Source: Enterobacteria phage IME10
Direction: 5' to 3' (one strand)
Sequence record: NC_019501.1
DNA length: 39,646 nucleotides
Shown: positions 1-7,830 of the stretch, piece after piece
How positions within the stretch are numbered: the stretch's first letter is position 1
How the letters are laid out: each line of letters begins with the position of its first letter
Position numbers and translations under genes: made by a program
Notes under the pieces: model-generated
Seen by the model: only the letters and a program-made list of their open reading frames with translations
Databases searched by the model: none
Told to the model about the DNA's origin: nothing

Positions 1-208
1 GAACAGTCTCGCTACGCTTTTTATCTTCTCTCTCATTTTTGATATCAACGAGGACATCAACGCAATTAAGGCAAATGTGGATTTTGTCCTTACATTCAAT
101 CATGGCGGCTTTACCATGATTTCCGCCACACAGTGAGCATAAATCTTCAGGGTCTGGCTGGTATTTCTGTAACGTTAGAGGGTTGAATGTTGAACAGACC
201 ATAATCAT
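1..208 (-). CDS. Partial ORF running off the window start; small Cys-rich protein (CSLCGG...CLNC), hypothetical
   Basis: Hand translation of the minus strand from ATG at about 208/202 (GGAG Shine-Dalgarno (SD) ribosome-binding site upstream) gives MIMVCSTFNPLTLQKYQPDPEDLCSLCGGNHGKAAMIECKDKIHICLNCVDVLV... with no stop before position 1. Absent from the ORF track, apparently because it is truncated by the window edge. Confidence 0.35.
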   Translation of the reverse strand, partial: MIMVCSTFNPLTLQKYQPDPEDLCSLCGGNHGKAAMIECKDKIHICLNCVDVLVDIKNEREDKKRSETV

Positions 209-359
209 CTCCATAAAACAAAACCCGCCGTAGCGAGTTCAGATAAAAGAAATCCCCGCGAGTGCGAGGATTGTTATTGTCTTTTCTTCGTGCATTTGTC
301 GCACTTTCGGCACCATCCAGATAGGCACATCCGTCCGCAATTAACACATATAGGCCACA

Positions 360-638
360 TCATTTTTCCTCTTTTGGTTTATGAATCTGAATGGTCATGC
401 CGCTTTGAGTGGTGACTACAATGACAGAACCAGGCTGAAGGCTGTTAAGATTGAATGCTTCGTAAAACGAATCCAATGCCAGTGCTTTTTTATTCTTTCT
501 GTTCCACCAACGCCACCCCTTGCTACAGGCTACACTGACAATCCACTGTCCACTCCTGTAAGCCATATAAAACCAGATGAGCAAAACCTGAAGGAAGGCA
601 ATCCAGTCAATAATCGTATATTTCGCGAAGGATTCCAT
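360..638 (-). CDS. Hypothetical small membrane protein
   Basis: Track ORF 360..689 trimmed to the ATG at 638..636, which is preceded by AGGAGGTG and overlaps the upstream stop (ATGA). Hydrophobic segment IIDWIAFLQVLLIWFYMAY. Confidence 0.45.
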   Translation of the reverse strand: MESFAKYTIIDWIAFLQVLLIWFYMAYRSGQWIVSVACSKGWRWWNRKNKKALALDSFYEAFNLNSLQPGSVIVVTTQSGMTIQIHKPKEEK

Positions 639-850
639 CACTTCACCTCCTGCGCCGTTTTGATGATTGCTGCCAGACAATTCTTGCAAGGAACAAGCAG
701 CGTTTCCTGCTCAATGCTCAATAGCGCATGCTGAGCATCCTGAAAAAGATATTCGAATGAACCAGGCCGATGACCGCACCATGTCTCAATCTCGTGCTTA
801 GGGAGTTTAACTCCCTCTCGATAGTCATATTTGATGATGTGCTTGCTCAC
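638..850 (-). CDS. Hypothetical early protein (70 aa)
   Basis: Track ORF. Start overlaps the upstream stop (GTGA) and follows a CAGGAGGTGAAGT motif. Confidence 0.45.
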   Translation of the reverse strand: MSKHIIKYDYREGVKLPKHEIETWCGHRPGSFEYLFQDAQHALLSIEQETLLVPCKNCLAAIIKTAQEVK

Positions 851-1032
851 GACTTCACCTCCTGTTGAGTAGAAACCTGATTTTTGAGTGATTCAGAAAT
901 ATTCCTGCAATACCTAGCGGATTCATCGTCGAAAATGCTTTCGAAATACTCAGCAATCCAGCCGAACACAACAACCTGCTCATTGCTTGGATTTGCACTT
1001 TGATTGAAGGCGGTTATTAGTGATGCACTCAT
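847..1032 (-). CDS. Hypothetical early protein (about 61 aa)
   Basis: Track ORF 847..1137 trimmed to the ATG at 1032..1030, which sits downstream of AGGAGGTG and of the stop of the upstream gene (1035-1037). Confidence 0.4.
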   Translation of the reverse strand: MSASLITAFNQSANPSNEQVVVFGWIAEYFESIFDDESARYCRNISESLKNQVSTQQEVKS

Positions 1033-1034
1033 AC

Positions 1035-1775
1035 TCACTTCACCTCCTGTTTTGGGGCTGCTGGAAGAGGCATCCAGTGGGTTATGATTACTTCGCGAGG
1101 ATTGCAGTCGTCCTCTACTGGCTGCCACTCCGTCCATCCATTGGTTTTATGGACAAAGAAATAAGCAGGAATGTAGTCTGGTTCATCTCCTTCAAAATAT
1201 GTTCCCCAGCAAAGATACAAGCAATTGCTATCAGGCATTCGCTCACTACAGCTTATCCAACTATCCGGAGTTCCCGGAGAGTTGCCATTCACAAGGTCAG
1301 CTCGAACATATAGCGTGTCATCATGGTGCTGATTGTGGCTGCACCACGTTAATTCGCTTAACTCGCCATCTTCTGGCCATACTCCAGCTGTTTGCAGCCA
1401 GATATGGGATGGCGCATCTTGGCAAGGTGTATTAACTGGCAACTTGCAAGTTTGGCTTACAGGTTCGGCTTCCAGTTCTGCTATGCGCTTTTTTGCTGTT
1501 TCCAGCTCGCCCAGCAGCGCCAGCACGGTAGCTGTATTGGCTGCGGCGATGAATTCAGCATTGGCCTGCTGTTCTATTTGGAAATCTTCATCGAAACCGC
1601 TTTCAGGATGCGCTCCTTCAATTCTGCAAATGGGAATATATCCAGCAACTTCACGATGAATTAGCGCATCATCACCATCAAATCGGCTCTCTCCATATTC
1701 GAGCGACCATACACCACACGTTGCTTTTTCTGCCTTTTCACGCAGTGCCTGATAGTCAATTTTCATACTCGCCAT
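1035..1775 (-). CDS. Ea22/Ead-like early protein with a DUF551-like C-terminal domain
   Basis: The N-terminal region (ANAEFIAAANTATVLALLGELE, coiled coil) and the Trp/Pro-rich C-terminus (HWMPLP) resemble lambdoid Ea22/Ead-family proteins. Assignment from memory. Confidence 0.5.
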   Translation of the reverse strand: MASMKIDYQALREKAEKATCGVWSLEYGESRFDGDDALIHREVAGYIPICRIEGAHPESGFDEDFQIEQQANAEFIAAANTATVLALLGELETAKKRIAELEAEPVSQTCKLPVNTPCQDAPSHIWLQTAGVWPEDGELSELTWCSHNQHHDDTLYVRADLVNGNSPGTPDSWISCSERMPDSNCLYLCWGTYFEGDEPDYIPAYFFVHKTNGWTEWQPVEDDCNPREVIITHWMPLPAAPKQEVK

Positions 1776-2407
1776 CCTTCACAGTTGTAATCACGACATC
1801 CTTCAAAATCATATGGGTTGTACTGCCAGGTAATTTTTCCGCAATGCGGACAATTCCAGCGCACCTTACCGCTTCGCGACTTTTTTCTTCTGTTTTGTTT
1901 TTTCAACCAGTCAGGTATGACCAAACCTGCGCCCTGAACCATTGTTCTGCGGTTAAAATTATTGATATTGAACGTCCGGCGCTTTGCTGCATCGGCAATG
2001 GAAAATGGCAACCAAACTATTCCTGGCTCGTTTTTGTTAGCGACGCTAAAGATGGTTGCTTTACTGAAGTCATCGGTTGGTAGCCCACCATGTTGAAGCC
2101 AGTAGACGTCGTTGCCGTTCCAGCTACCTTTTTTGTAGGCTACATACGCAGTGCAATCTGGCTCAATCAGGTTTTCTGTAGGGATGTACTGGCAATCAAC
2201 GTGCCACACTGCCATTGTATCCACACTATCGGCACAAACAGGCTGATCTATATCTCGCCCACAATTCCAGGCTTTTTGGGCTTCTTCCAGCGTGTAAACA
2301 TGAGCGCGATCGATATCAGAACTGTAACCATTGCCGTTATGGCAATGGAATGAAGCGTTATTACCCACAGTTTCACGCGAGCACATCATGTAAAAACGGT
2401 TACTCAC
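1763..2407 (-). CDS. Hypothetical protein with a C-terminal CxxC...CxxC zinc-ribbon-like motif
   Basis: Track ORF 1763..2500. A GTG at 2407..2405 follows AAGGAGG by 6 nt and lies just past the stop of the upstream gene; an ATG at 2389 is an alternative start. C-terminus reads NCPHCGK...CRDYNCEGW. Confidence 0.5.
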   Translation of the reverse strand: MSNRFYMMCSRETVGNNASFHCHNGNGYSSDIDRAHVYTLEEAQKAWNCGRDIDQPVCADSVDTMAVWHVDCQYIPTENLIEPDCTAYVAYKKGSWNGNDVYWLQHGGLPTDDFSKATIFSVANKNEPGIVWLPFSIADAAKRRTFNINNFNRRTMVQGAGLVIPDWLKKQNRRKKSRSGKVRWNCPHCGKITWQYNPYDFEGCRDYNCEGWRV

Positions 2408-2711
2408 TGGCTGCCTCCTTTGCTGGGCTTTCGAACTTCTGAGTGGTTGTATCAAACTCAAACAACTTAACCACGTCATCAAACAGGACATAATCGCCAT
2501 CAGAATCTTCAGTCATGTCAGCGCCACAATCCTGACCGAACGAGTCACAACCATCCATATCAAGCTCGTATCGCTTGAGTTTTGCGATATTTGATAAATT
2601 CAGCGCCAGTACAGCAAGGTCATAAACCTCTTCGACTGTATACCCTGCGCCATGCCCATACATTTCAATACGGGATATGATTTCTTCTACACGTTGCTTT
2701 GTTATTGCCAT
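2400..2711 (-). CDS. Hypothetical acidic protein
   Basis: Track ORF with a GGGAGGTGAGC ribosome-binding site; Asp/Glu-rich C-terminal half. Confidence 0.5.
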   Translation of the reverse strand: MAITKQRVEEIISRIEMYGHGAGYTVEEVYDLAVLALNLSNIAKLKRYELDMDGCDSFGQDCGADMTEDSDGDYVLFDDVVKLFEFDTTTQKFESPAKEAASE

Positions 2712-3073
2712 TTTTGCTCACCTCCCTGTTCTTCCAGAAAAATACGCATAGCCTCAAGCATCTCTTCGGTGTCATACGGTGATAACTTGTCACGCAGGAT
2801 GTGTTCAATGCTGTTAATGAACTTGCGGATTGCTTTGCGTTCAATTTCAGCCAGGACAGCGTCGGTGGTTGGAGTCCCTTCAACCTTCAGCCCTATAGGG
2901 GCCAGGTAATCCTTCAGCCCCGCATTCTCCGCAGCCAGCGCCGCGCATTTAGCTTCAAGTTCAGCAAATTTACGCACCAGATATTCAGTGTTTGTTTCGT
3001 TCACCTTTAAATCTCGTGGGATGCATTTACCTTTCAGAAATCCATCCATCTCAATTAGTGTCATTTGTTTCAT
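2702..3073 (-). CDS. Hypothetical early protein
   Basis: Track ORF, co-oriented with and overlapping its neighbour by a few nucleotides. Confidence 0.5.
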   Translation of the reverse strand: MKQMTLIEMDGFLKGKCIPRDLKVNETNTEYLVRKFAELEAKCAALAAENAGLKDYLAPIGLKVEGTPTTDAVLAEIERKAIRKFINSIEHILRDKLSPYDTEEMLEAMRIFLEEQGGEQKWQ

Positions 3074-3244
3074 TTCTTCCCACTCCGCAACATAGCATTC
3101 AGATATTTGTTTTGATTCACTGATGGAAAAGAATTTCTCTTAAGCAATTCCTCTCTCTATGGCATTGGCTTTACGCGTTGGCGAATAATCATTTCTGCCG
3201 GAAGAATGCCGGGATTGTATGCAAGTCCTCTCATGGTAAATTCC

Positions 3245-3541
3245 TCAGTCATTACTGATAGCGCCATAACGTGAGCGGTAATTACGCAGGCGCGGGTCGA
3301 TATATTCAGGGAAGTGGGTATATGTGGCTTTGCGGAATGGTCGGATTGATGTCTGGTAAATTCGCTCGCGTTCTTCTTTCTCTGCAAGCCATATACAATG
3401 GCGAAATTCCTTTTCCTCTTTCGTTTCCTGCGGTAGCGACATTATCCGATCGTAGTTTTTTCTGAATTTATCCAGCACCTCCGATACGGAATTGCCGGAA
3501 CAGCGGCGCGGGTCATCCGCACCATACAGAGGCGCTGGCAT
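3245..3541 (-). CDS. Hypothetical early protein
   Basis: Track ORF, co-oriented in the early-left operon. Confidence 0.45.
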   Translation of the reverse strand: MPAPLYGADDPRRCSGNSVSEVLDKFRKNYDRIMSLPQETKEEKEFRHCIWLAEKEERERIYQTSIRPFRKATYTHFPEYIDPRLRNYRSRYGAISND

Positions 3542-3554
3542 GATTTTCTCCTGA

Positions 3555-4034
3555 TTAAATTGCGTGAATAGCGTGACGAGGGAAGGGGAGAGTTACTGGT
3601 TCCTCGTCTGGGTAGATAGGTTTGTTATGTTTGTGCCACTCGACATGACATGACTTGCAGAGCCACATCACATCGGTTGGTTTGCTGTAGTCGCAGTGGT
3701 GCGCCTGTGGTTTACATTCTGATCCGCAGCACTCACATTGTGGTGGTCGGATTAGCTTACCGTCGCGCAAAAAATTACCCACGATGATGTGGGCTTTTCT
3801 TTTCCATGGGTTGCTCTGAATGAACCGCTTTTTGGCTGCGTTACACCGTTCTCTGCCGCGTTCCGATGATTGATATTCTCTCCTTGCTGATACTCGATGT
3901 GGCAATCCCGCGCGCTCTTTGTCGTATTCAGCCAGGCAAGCCCGGCAAGCGGCAGTTAATCCATCTCTGGATGCTCTTCTGATTTGAAAGTCCATTTCTT
4001 CCTTCTGTTGATGGCATCTTGAGCAGATTTTCAT
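3555..4034 (-). CDS. HNH endonuclease
   Basis: Cys-rich protein with an HNH-like core (AHHCDYSKPTDVMWLCKSCHVEWH) and additional CxxC pairs. Confidence 0.75.
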   Translation of the reverse strand: MKICSRCHQQKEEMDFQIRRASRDGLTAACRACLAEYDKERAGLPHRVSARREYQSSERGRERCNAAKKRFIQSNPWKRKAHIIVGNFLRDGKLIRPPQCECCGSECKPQAHHCDYSKPTDVMWLCKSCHVEWHKHNKPIYPDEEPVTLPFPRHAIHAI

Positions 4035-4043
4035 ATTCAGCTC

Positions 4044-4517
4044 CTAGAACGGAATATCCGAATCGTCGAAGTTCATAGGTGGTTCGCTGTGATTTCCATG
4101 CTGCTGAGGTTGCTGTCTTTGTTGATGACCGTTATTTCGCTGAGGTGAAGACTGTTCATTGCCTCCTTGCTTGCCACCAAGCATTTGCATGGTTCCACCA
4201 ACGCCCACGATGACTTCGGTAGTGAACCTATCCTGTCCGCTTTGATCCTGCCATTTTCTTGTCCGCAATTTTCCTTCAAGATAAACCTCAGAGCCTTTTC
4301 GCAGATATTCGCTGGCAATTTCTGCCAGTTTCCCGCTCATTACCACGCGGTGCCACTCCGTCTGCTCCTTTTGCTCTCCAGTTTGCTTATCACGCCATTG
4401 TTCTGACGTAGCAACTGTAAGGTTTGCAAATGCCGTTCCTGATGGTGAATATCTGATTTCTGGATCATGCCCAAGGCGACCAATAATGATCACCTTATTT
4501 ACGCCTCTGCTTGCCAT
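4044..4517 (-). CDS. ssb: Single-stranded DNA-binding protein (SSB)
   Basis: N-terminal OB-fold signature ([17 protein letters not shown]...), Gly/Gln-rich linker and acidic tail ending DDSDIPF. Confidence 0.9.
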   Translation of the reverse strand: MASRGVNKVIIIGRLGHDPEIRYSPSGTAFANLTVATSEQWRDKQTGEQKEQTEWHRVVMSGKLAEIASEYLRKGSEVYLEGKLRTRKWQDQSGQDRFTTEVIVGVGGTMQMLGGKQGGNEQSSPQRNNGHQQRQQPQQHGNHSEPPMNFDDSDIPF

Positions 4518-5225
4518 TTATGCCGCCTGTTTTAGCTCGTTAACTCTGATGTTCATTACCTGAACGCATTTAGCCTGCGCCTCCTCGTTGCCAGCCATTA
4601 ATTGCCAGTCACGCTGATAACGCTCGATGAGTTTTTTCTTGTCAGTTTCTGTTGACGCATAATCGCTGAAGTCTTTCAGGATTTGCTCGCAGTCAACCGA
4701 TGGAGATTTCTGGTTGGTATTTTCTGGTGATGGTTTGTTATCTGATGCTGGGATTGCCCATCCCGGCAGCGATGGAGGGAGCCAGTAAAATCCTGTTCCA
4801 TCCTTGAGTTTTGCCCTGTGCCATCCCTGCTTTTTATCGAGAGATGTTTGTGCGAAACCTTCCTCAATGTTATACAGATACCGACCGATTCCCCACTGAA
4901 CGGCAGCGCGCTTCATTGCACCGGAACGACCACCTTTGACGGCTTCTACCTGCGTGTTTTCAGCAGCATCCCATTTGGTTACCCATTCGGAATCAATCTT
5001 GATTGATATGCCGCATTCAACGCCGCCGTTGTTGGGAATATCGCGGTATTCATTGCGCCATCCTGCTTTGCCACAAACATCGTCAAGGCGTTTCATGATT
5101 GCCCGGTTCGTGACATAAGCCAGCACCATAGCCCACACTTTGCCATCGCGTGTTTTACCGCTTTGCTGTATTCGCCATTCGATATCTTCAGGGCTGAATG
5201 GCTCATCGAATTTGTTCAAATCCAT
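4518..5225 (-). CDS. Rad52-family single-strand annealing protein (phage recombinase)
   Basis: 235 aa, directly upstream of ssb in the recombination slot of the pL operon. N-terminal domain (AVQWGIGRYLY) recalled as Rad52/Sak-like; family assignment from memory. Confidence 0.55.
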   Translation of the reverse strand: MDLNKFDEPFSPEDIEWRIQQSGKTRDGKVWAMVLAYVTNRAIMKRLDDVCGKAGWRNEYRDIPNNGGVECGISIKIDSEWVTKWDAAENTQVEAVKGGRSGAMKRAAVQWGIGRYLYNIEEGFAQTSLDKKQGWHRAKLKDGTGFYWLPPSLPGWAIPASDNKPSPENTNQKSPSVDCEQILKDFSDYASTETDKKKLIERYQRDWQLMAGNEEAQAKCVQVMNIRVNELKQAA

Positions 5226-5233
5226 AATTCACC

Positions 5234-5404
5234 TCAGAATGGACACGGCCCAAGGAAATAACGCTGATTTAATACTTCGACTCGGGACAAATTAAGGCAT
5301 ACCCGCATTCCTTCGCGGTCACCATTATGGCGATACCAGAGAGCTTTCTGCGTGTACATGCGTCTCTGTAACTTGCTCTCCTTCACTGTGGTTGCAAGTG
5401 ACAT
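5234..5404 (-). CDS. Small hypothetical ORF (56 aa)
   Basis: Hand-translated. ATG at 5404..5402 is preceded by AAGGAG with a 6-nt spacer. An alternative overlapping ORF (5325..5483) begins at the kil stop (ATGA). Confidence 0.3.
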   Translation of the reverse strand: MSLATTVKESKLQRRMYTQKALWYRHNGDREGMRVCLNLSRVEVLNQRYFLGPCPF

Positions 5405-5479
5405 GAATATCTCCTTCGTTACCGATTAATTCTTTCATCTGACGAATGAATTCTTCGTCTGACCAGTTATCTGTAAAAC

Positions 5480-5632
5480 TCATTTCCTGCGATACCACGG
5501 AAGGTTGATAGCTGATTTCATCGCTTTATTTGCTTCAATCCACATTTTTGAATCACCAATAAATCTGGCTATTACTGCTTTGTTCTGTGCTGCACGAAGC
5601 ATCTGGTGATTGATGGCTATTTCATTGCGCAT
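5480..5632 (-). CDS. kil: Kil-like host-killing/cell-division inhibitor
   Basis: Hand-translated 50-aa ORF MRNEIAINHQMLRAAQNKAVIARFIGDSKMW..., overlapping the 3' end of cIII as kil does in lambda. Resemblance to lambda Kil is from memory. Confidence 0.45.
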   Translation of the reverse strand: MRNEIAINHQMLRAAQNKAVIARFIGDSKMWIEANKAMKSAINLPWYRRK

Positions 5633-5748
5633 AATAAGACCTCAACTCTTTTCCATCCGTCACGTAATTTACGGGTGATTCGTTCAAGTAAAGATTCATT
5701 TAGTTGGAAGGCACCCATGCGAGCGCCTCCCGCGATTGCGTAAATCAT
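5617..5748 (-). CDS. cIII: cIII (FtsH inhibitor that stabilises cII)
   Basis: Hand-translated ORF MIYAIAGGARMGAFQLNESLLERITRKLRDGWKR..., matching the conserved core of lambda cIII (ESLLERITRKLRDGWKR). AAGGA ribosome-binding site. Confidence 0.7.
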   Translation of the reverse strand: MIYAIAGGARMGAFQLNESLLERITRKLRDGWKRVEVLLCAMK

Positions 5749-5772
5749 GGGTGGTTCCTTATGTTGGTTTTA

Positions 5773-6741
5773 TTAGTAGGTTATTTTTGTTGCGAATACT
5801 TCGCCTTTTACGATGGCTGTTATGATATTTTTAGCAACATCTTCTGATGCGCCAACCTTGATAAGGTCAGCAAGTATTTTGTTATTTACTTCTTTCCGGT
5901 GAGCTTTATCCTTTGCTCTACGCTCTTCTTCGTCCTTGATTCTTTTTTCTTCTGCTATTCTGGCTTGCTCTTTTGCTTCAGCCTCGCGACGGATTCGTTC
6001 AGCCTCCTCCTGTGCTTTTCTGCGTTCTGCTTCAATTGCTGCCTGCTTTTCTCTTTCAGCTCGTTCTGCTGCCTCTTTTGCTTCGCGCTGTGCTCGTTGC
6101 TCGGCTTCAATGCGTTCACGCTCTGCACGTTCCGCTGCTGCCTTAGCTTCTGCTTCTCGCCTTGCCGCTGCTTCAATTTCGGCTTTTGCCTTTGCTTCGG
6201 CTTCTGCTCTGGCTTTCTCTTCAGCTTCTCTTTTTAAGCGTTCTTCATGCTCTCGCTTTTCCTGCTCCGCTTTGAGTCTTGCCTCTTCTCTTTGGCGGTC
6301 AAATTCGCGATCCATCAAAATCGCTATTTCATGGTCAGACTCAATTTGCTTTGCGAGAGCTTCAGCTGCTGCCTTAGCTTCTTCTTCGGCTTTAATCCGC
6401 GCCTGTTCTTCCTCATAATCAGTAAGAGGCTGGCGTGCCTTGGCTTTCAGCTCATCAAGGCGATCACGCACTGTCTTGCGGTTGGCATCAATGAGCTTTG
6501 GAATTTCCTTCAGTTCAGCAACAAGGTCTTTGCCAAGACCATCGAGATATGTTTTCGTCTGCGCAACTTTATACGCCAGAGAAGCGATCTCCTTTCTGCC
6601 CTTTGCCGTTGTGATATCAGGCACAAAGGACATAACTTCACGTTCAACCTTTTGAAGGATTTCTTCAATCTGGTCGGCAGACTGAAATACAGTCATTGCA
6701 TTTGCTTTTTCAATAACAACTAAATCTGTTACTTCACTCAT
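5773..6741 (-). CDS. Hypothetical coiled-coil protein with an E/A/R/K-rich low-complexity central region
   Basis: Track ORF of 322 aa with GGAGGA ribosome-binding site. Central 170 aa or so are charged repeats (AEAEAKAKAEIEAAARREAEAKAA...). Confidence 0.6.
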   Translation of the reverse strand: MSEVTDLVVIEKANAMTVFQSADQIEEILQKVEREVMSFVPDITTAKGRKEIASLAYKVAQTKTYLDGLGKDLVAELKEIPKLIDANRKTVRDRLDELKAKARQPLTDYEEEQARIKAEEEAKAAAEALAKQIESDHEIAILMDREFDRQREEARLKAEQEKREHEERLKREAEEKARAEAEAKAKAEIEAAARREAEAKAAAERAERERIEAEQRAQREAKEAAERAEREKQAAIEAERRKAQEEAERIRREAEAKEQARIAEEKRIKDEEERRAKDKAHRKEVNNKILADLIKVGASEDVAKNIITAIVKGEVFATKITY

Positions 6742-6752
6742 ATATCCTCCGT

Positions 6753-6779
6753 CAAAAAAATGCCCTCACACTGGAGGGC
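6753..6779 (-). terminator. Rho-independent terminator within the pL operon (tL1-like)
   Basis: On the minus strand, GCCCTC-CAGTGT-GAGGGC hairpin followed by a T7 run, just upstream of the 322-aa gene. Confidence 0.5.
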
Positions 6780-6928
6780 AAAGAAGATTTCAAATAATCA
6801 TAACAAGTCGGCTCCTGTTTAGTTACGAGCGACATTGCTCCGTGTATTCACTCGTTGGAATGAATACACAGTGCAGTGTTTATTCTGTTGTTTATGCCAA
6901 AAATAAAGGCCGACTATGCGGCCATCAC

Positions 6929-7117
6929 TTAAATTTCCTTCCATCCCCAATCAAGCGTTTCAAATGCTATATCACGCATGTTTTCGTCTTTTTCGTCCTG
7001 ATCCATTTCATTCCACTCATTCTCGGATAAGCCAAGATCACCGAGTGTTACAACTGTCTTTTTGCAAGAGTGAATGTTTGCGCCGGAATCCAACCAAATT
7101 TCAAATTTACGTTCCAT
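6929..7117 (-). CDS. Hypothetical small acidic protein (62 aa) immediately downstream of N
   Basis: Track ORF in the slot occupied by ral/ea10 in lambda; no homology recognised. Confidence 0.45.
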   Translation of the reverse strand: MERKFEIWLDSGANIHSCKKTVVTLGDLGLSENEWNEMDQDEKDENMRDIAFETLDWGWKEI

Positions 7118-7125
7118 ATATCACC

Positions 7126-7425
7126 TCAAATAAGTGGTTTGCTGCCTAATTTCATTTTCTGGCGACCAACACAAGTCACACCCATTTCACTGCGTGGCTT
7201 GCGGTAGTAAATACGGTTCTGTTTACGCTCGACTTCTTCTGCCTTCTTGCAGCGAAGGATTCCGAGTGATGCTGCTTTATCTGCTCTGACGCAACCAGAG
7301 AGCTTTAGCGCAATTTTTCGTGCCAATCGCTGTTCTTGCATTGCCTGTTCACGTTGAGCCTGTCTGCGTGCTCTGCGGCGATTTCTGGCGTTATCGTCAG
7401 CCAGATATGTAATGACTACTGTCAT
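7126..7425 (-). CDS. N: Antitermination protein N
   Basis: Arg-rich N-terminal motif (NARNRRRARRQAQREQ); C-terminus (RKPRSEMGVTCVGRQKMKLGSKPLI) matches the lambda N C-terminus as remembered. GGAGGT ribosome-binding site. Confidence 0.8.
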   Translation of the reverse strand: MTVVITYLADDNARNRRRARRQAQREQAMQEQRLARKIALKLSGCVRADKAASLGILRCKKAEEVERKQNRIYYRKPRSEMGVTCVGRQKMKLGSKPLI

Positions 7426-7619
7426 GTTGACCTCCGATGATTGACTTTGGTGATTGGATGGCCGGTGCTGAATTCCGGCTTACTGGTTAGAGCGCCCGCA
7501 CTACCAGTGACGCTGTCTTGAGGCGCAGATTGGTTACTGCTTGCCATGAGCGCTGTTTATACATTGGTCGAGCATCAGCCTGCTCATTCATCCAATCCCA
7601 AAGCCAACTACTCTTTGGT

Positions 7620-7660
7620 TCCCGCATTTCGGCGGGACAATCCCATCAATGTTAAAGAGC
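7620..7660 (-). promoter_or_regulatory. nutL (boxA GCTCTTTAAC plus boxB hairpin)
   Basis: Minus strand reads GCTCTTTAAC, a 13-nt spacer, then TCCCGC-CGAAAT-GCGGGA. The same boxA and boxB recur on the plus strand downstream of cro. Confidence 0.65.
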
Positions 7661-7699
7661 CTGCCAACCTGTTCCGTTTGGCTACCAGCGTCCTGCTGA

Positions 7700-7790
7700 T
7701 GGCTTAAATTTAAGATCTCTTTAATTAATGGTCAAGAGTATTTTTGAAGAAAACTTAAATTTTCTTTCGTAACTTAAGTTTGGCTTTGAT
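7700..7790 (-). promoter_or_regulatory. OL operators and pL promoter
   Basis: Minus-strand TTGACC at 7735..7730 and TAAATT at 7712..7707. Overlaps ATTTAAGATCTCTTTAAT-type imperfect palindromes resembling the OR sites. Confidence 0.45.
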
Positions 7791-7807
7791 TTTTAAAGGA
7801 AATAAAA

Positions 7808-7830
7808 AAAAGGGGCGAATGCCCCCTTAT
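7808..7830 (-). terminator. Rho-independent terminator downstream of c2
   Basis: Minus strand has GGGGGCATTCGCCCC hairpin followed by T8, abutting the c2 stop. Confidence 0.55.

Noticed and set aside
147-347. 66-aa minus-strand track ORF
   Set aside because: No ribosome-binding site and an odd composition; an overlapping partial ORF with a GGAG site and CxxC motifs (1..208) is the more plausible gene.
4073-5118. Embedded and antisense ORFs inside ssb and the annealase gene (4073..4318, 4167..4406, 4676..4867, 4818..5006, 4936..5118)
   Set aside because: Fully contained within well-supported genes in other frames or on the opposite strand; no independent support.
5899-6723. Several plus-strand ORFs (5899..6237, 5936..6418, 6247..6723) with Ser/Ala/Cys/Phe/Leu-rich low-complexity translations
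   Set aside because: They are antisense to the coiled-coil gene and generated by its repetitive charged-codon region; no ribosome-binding sites.
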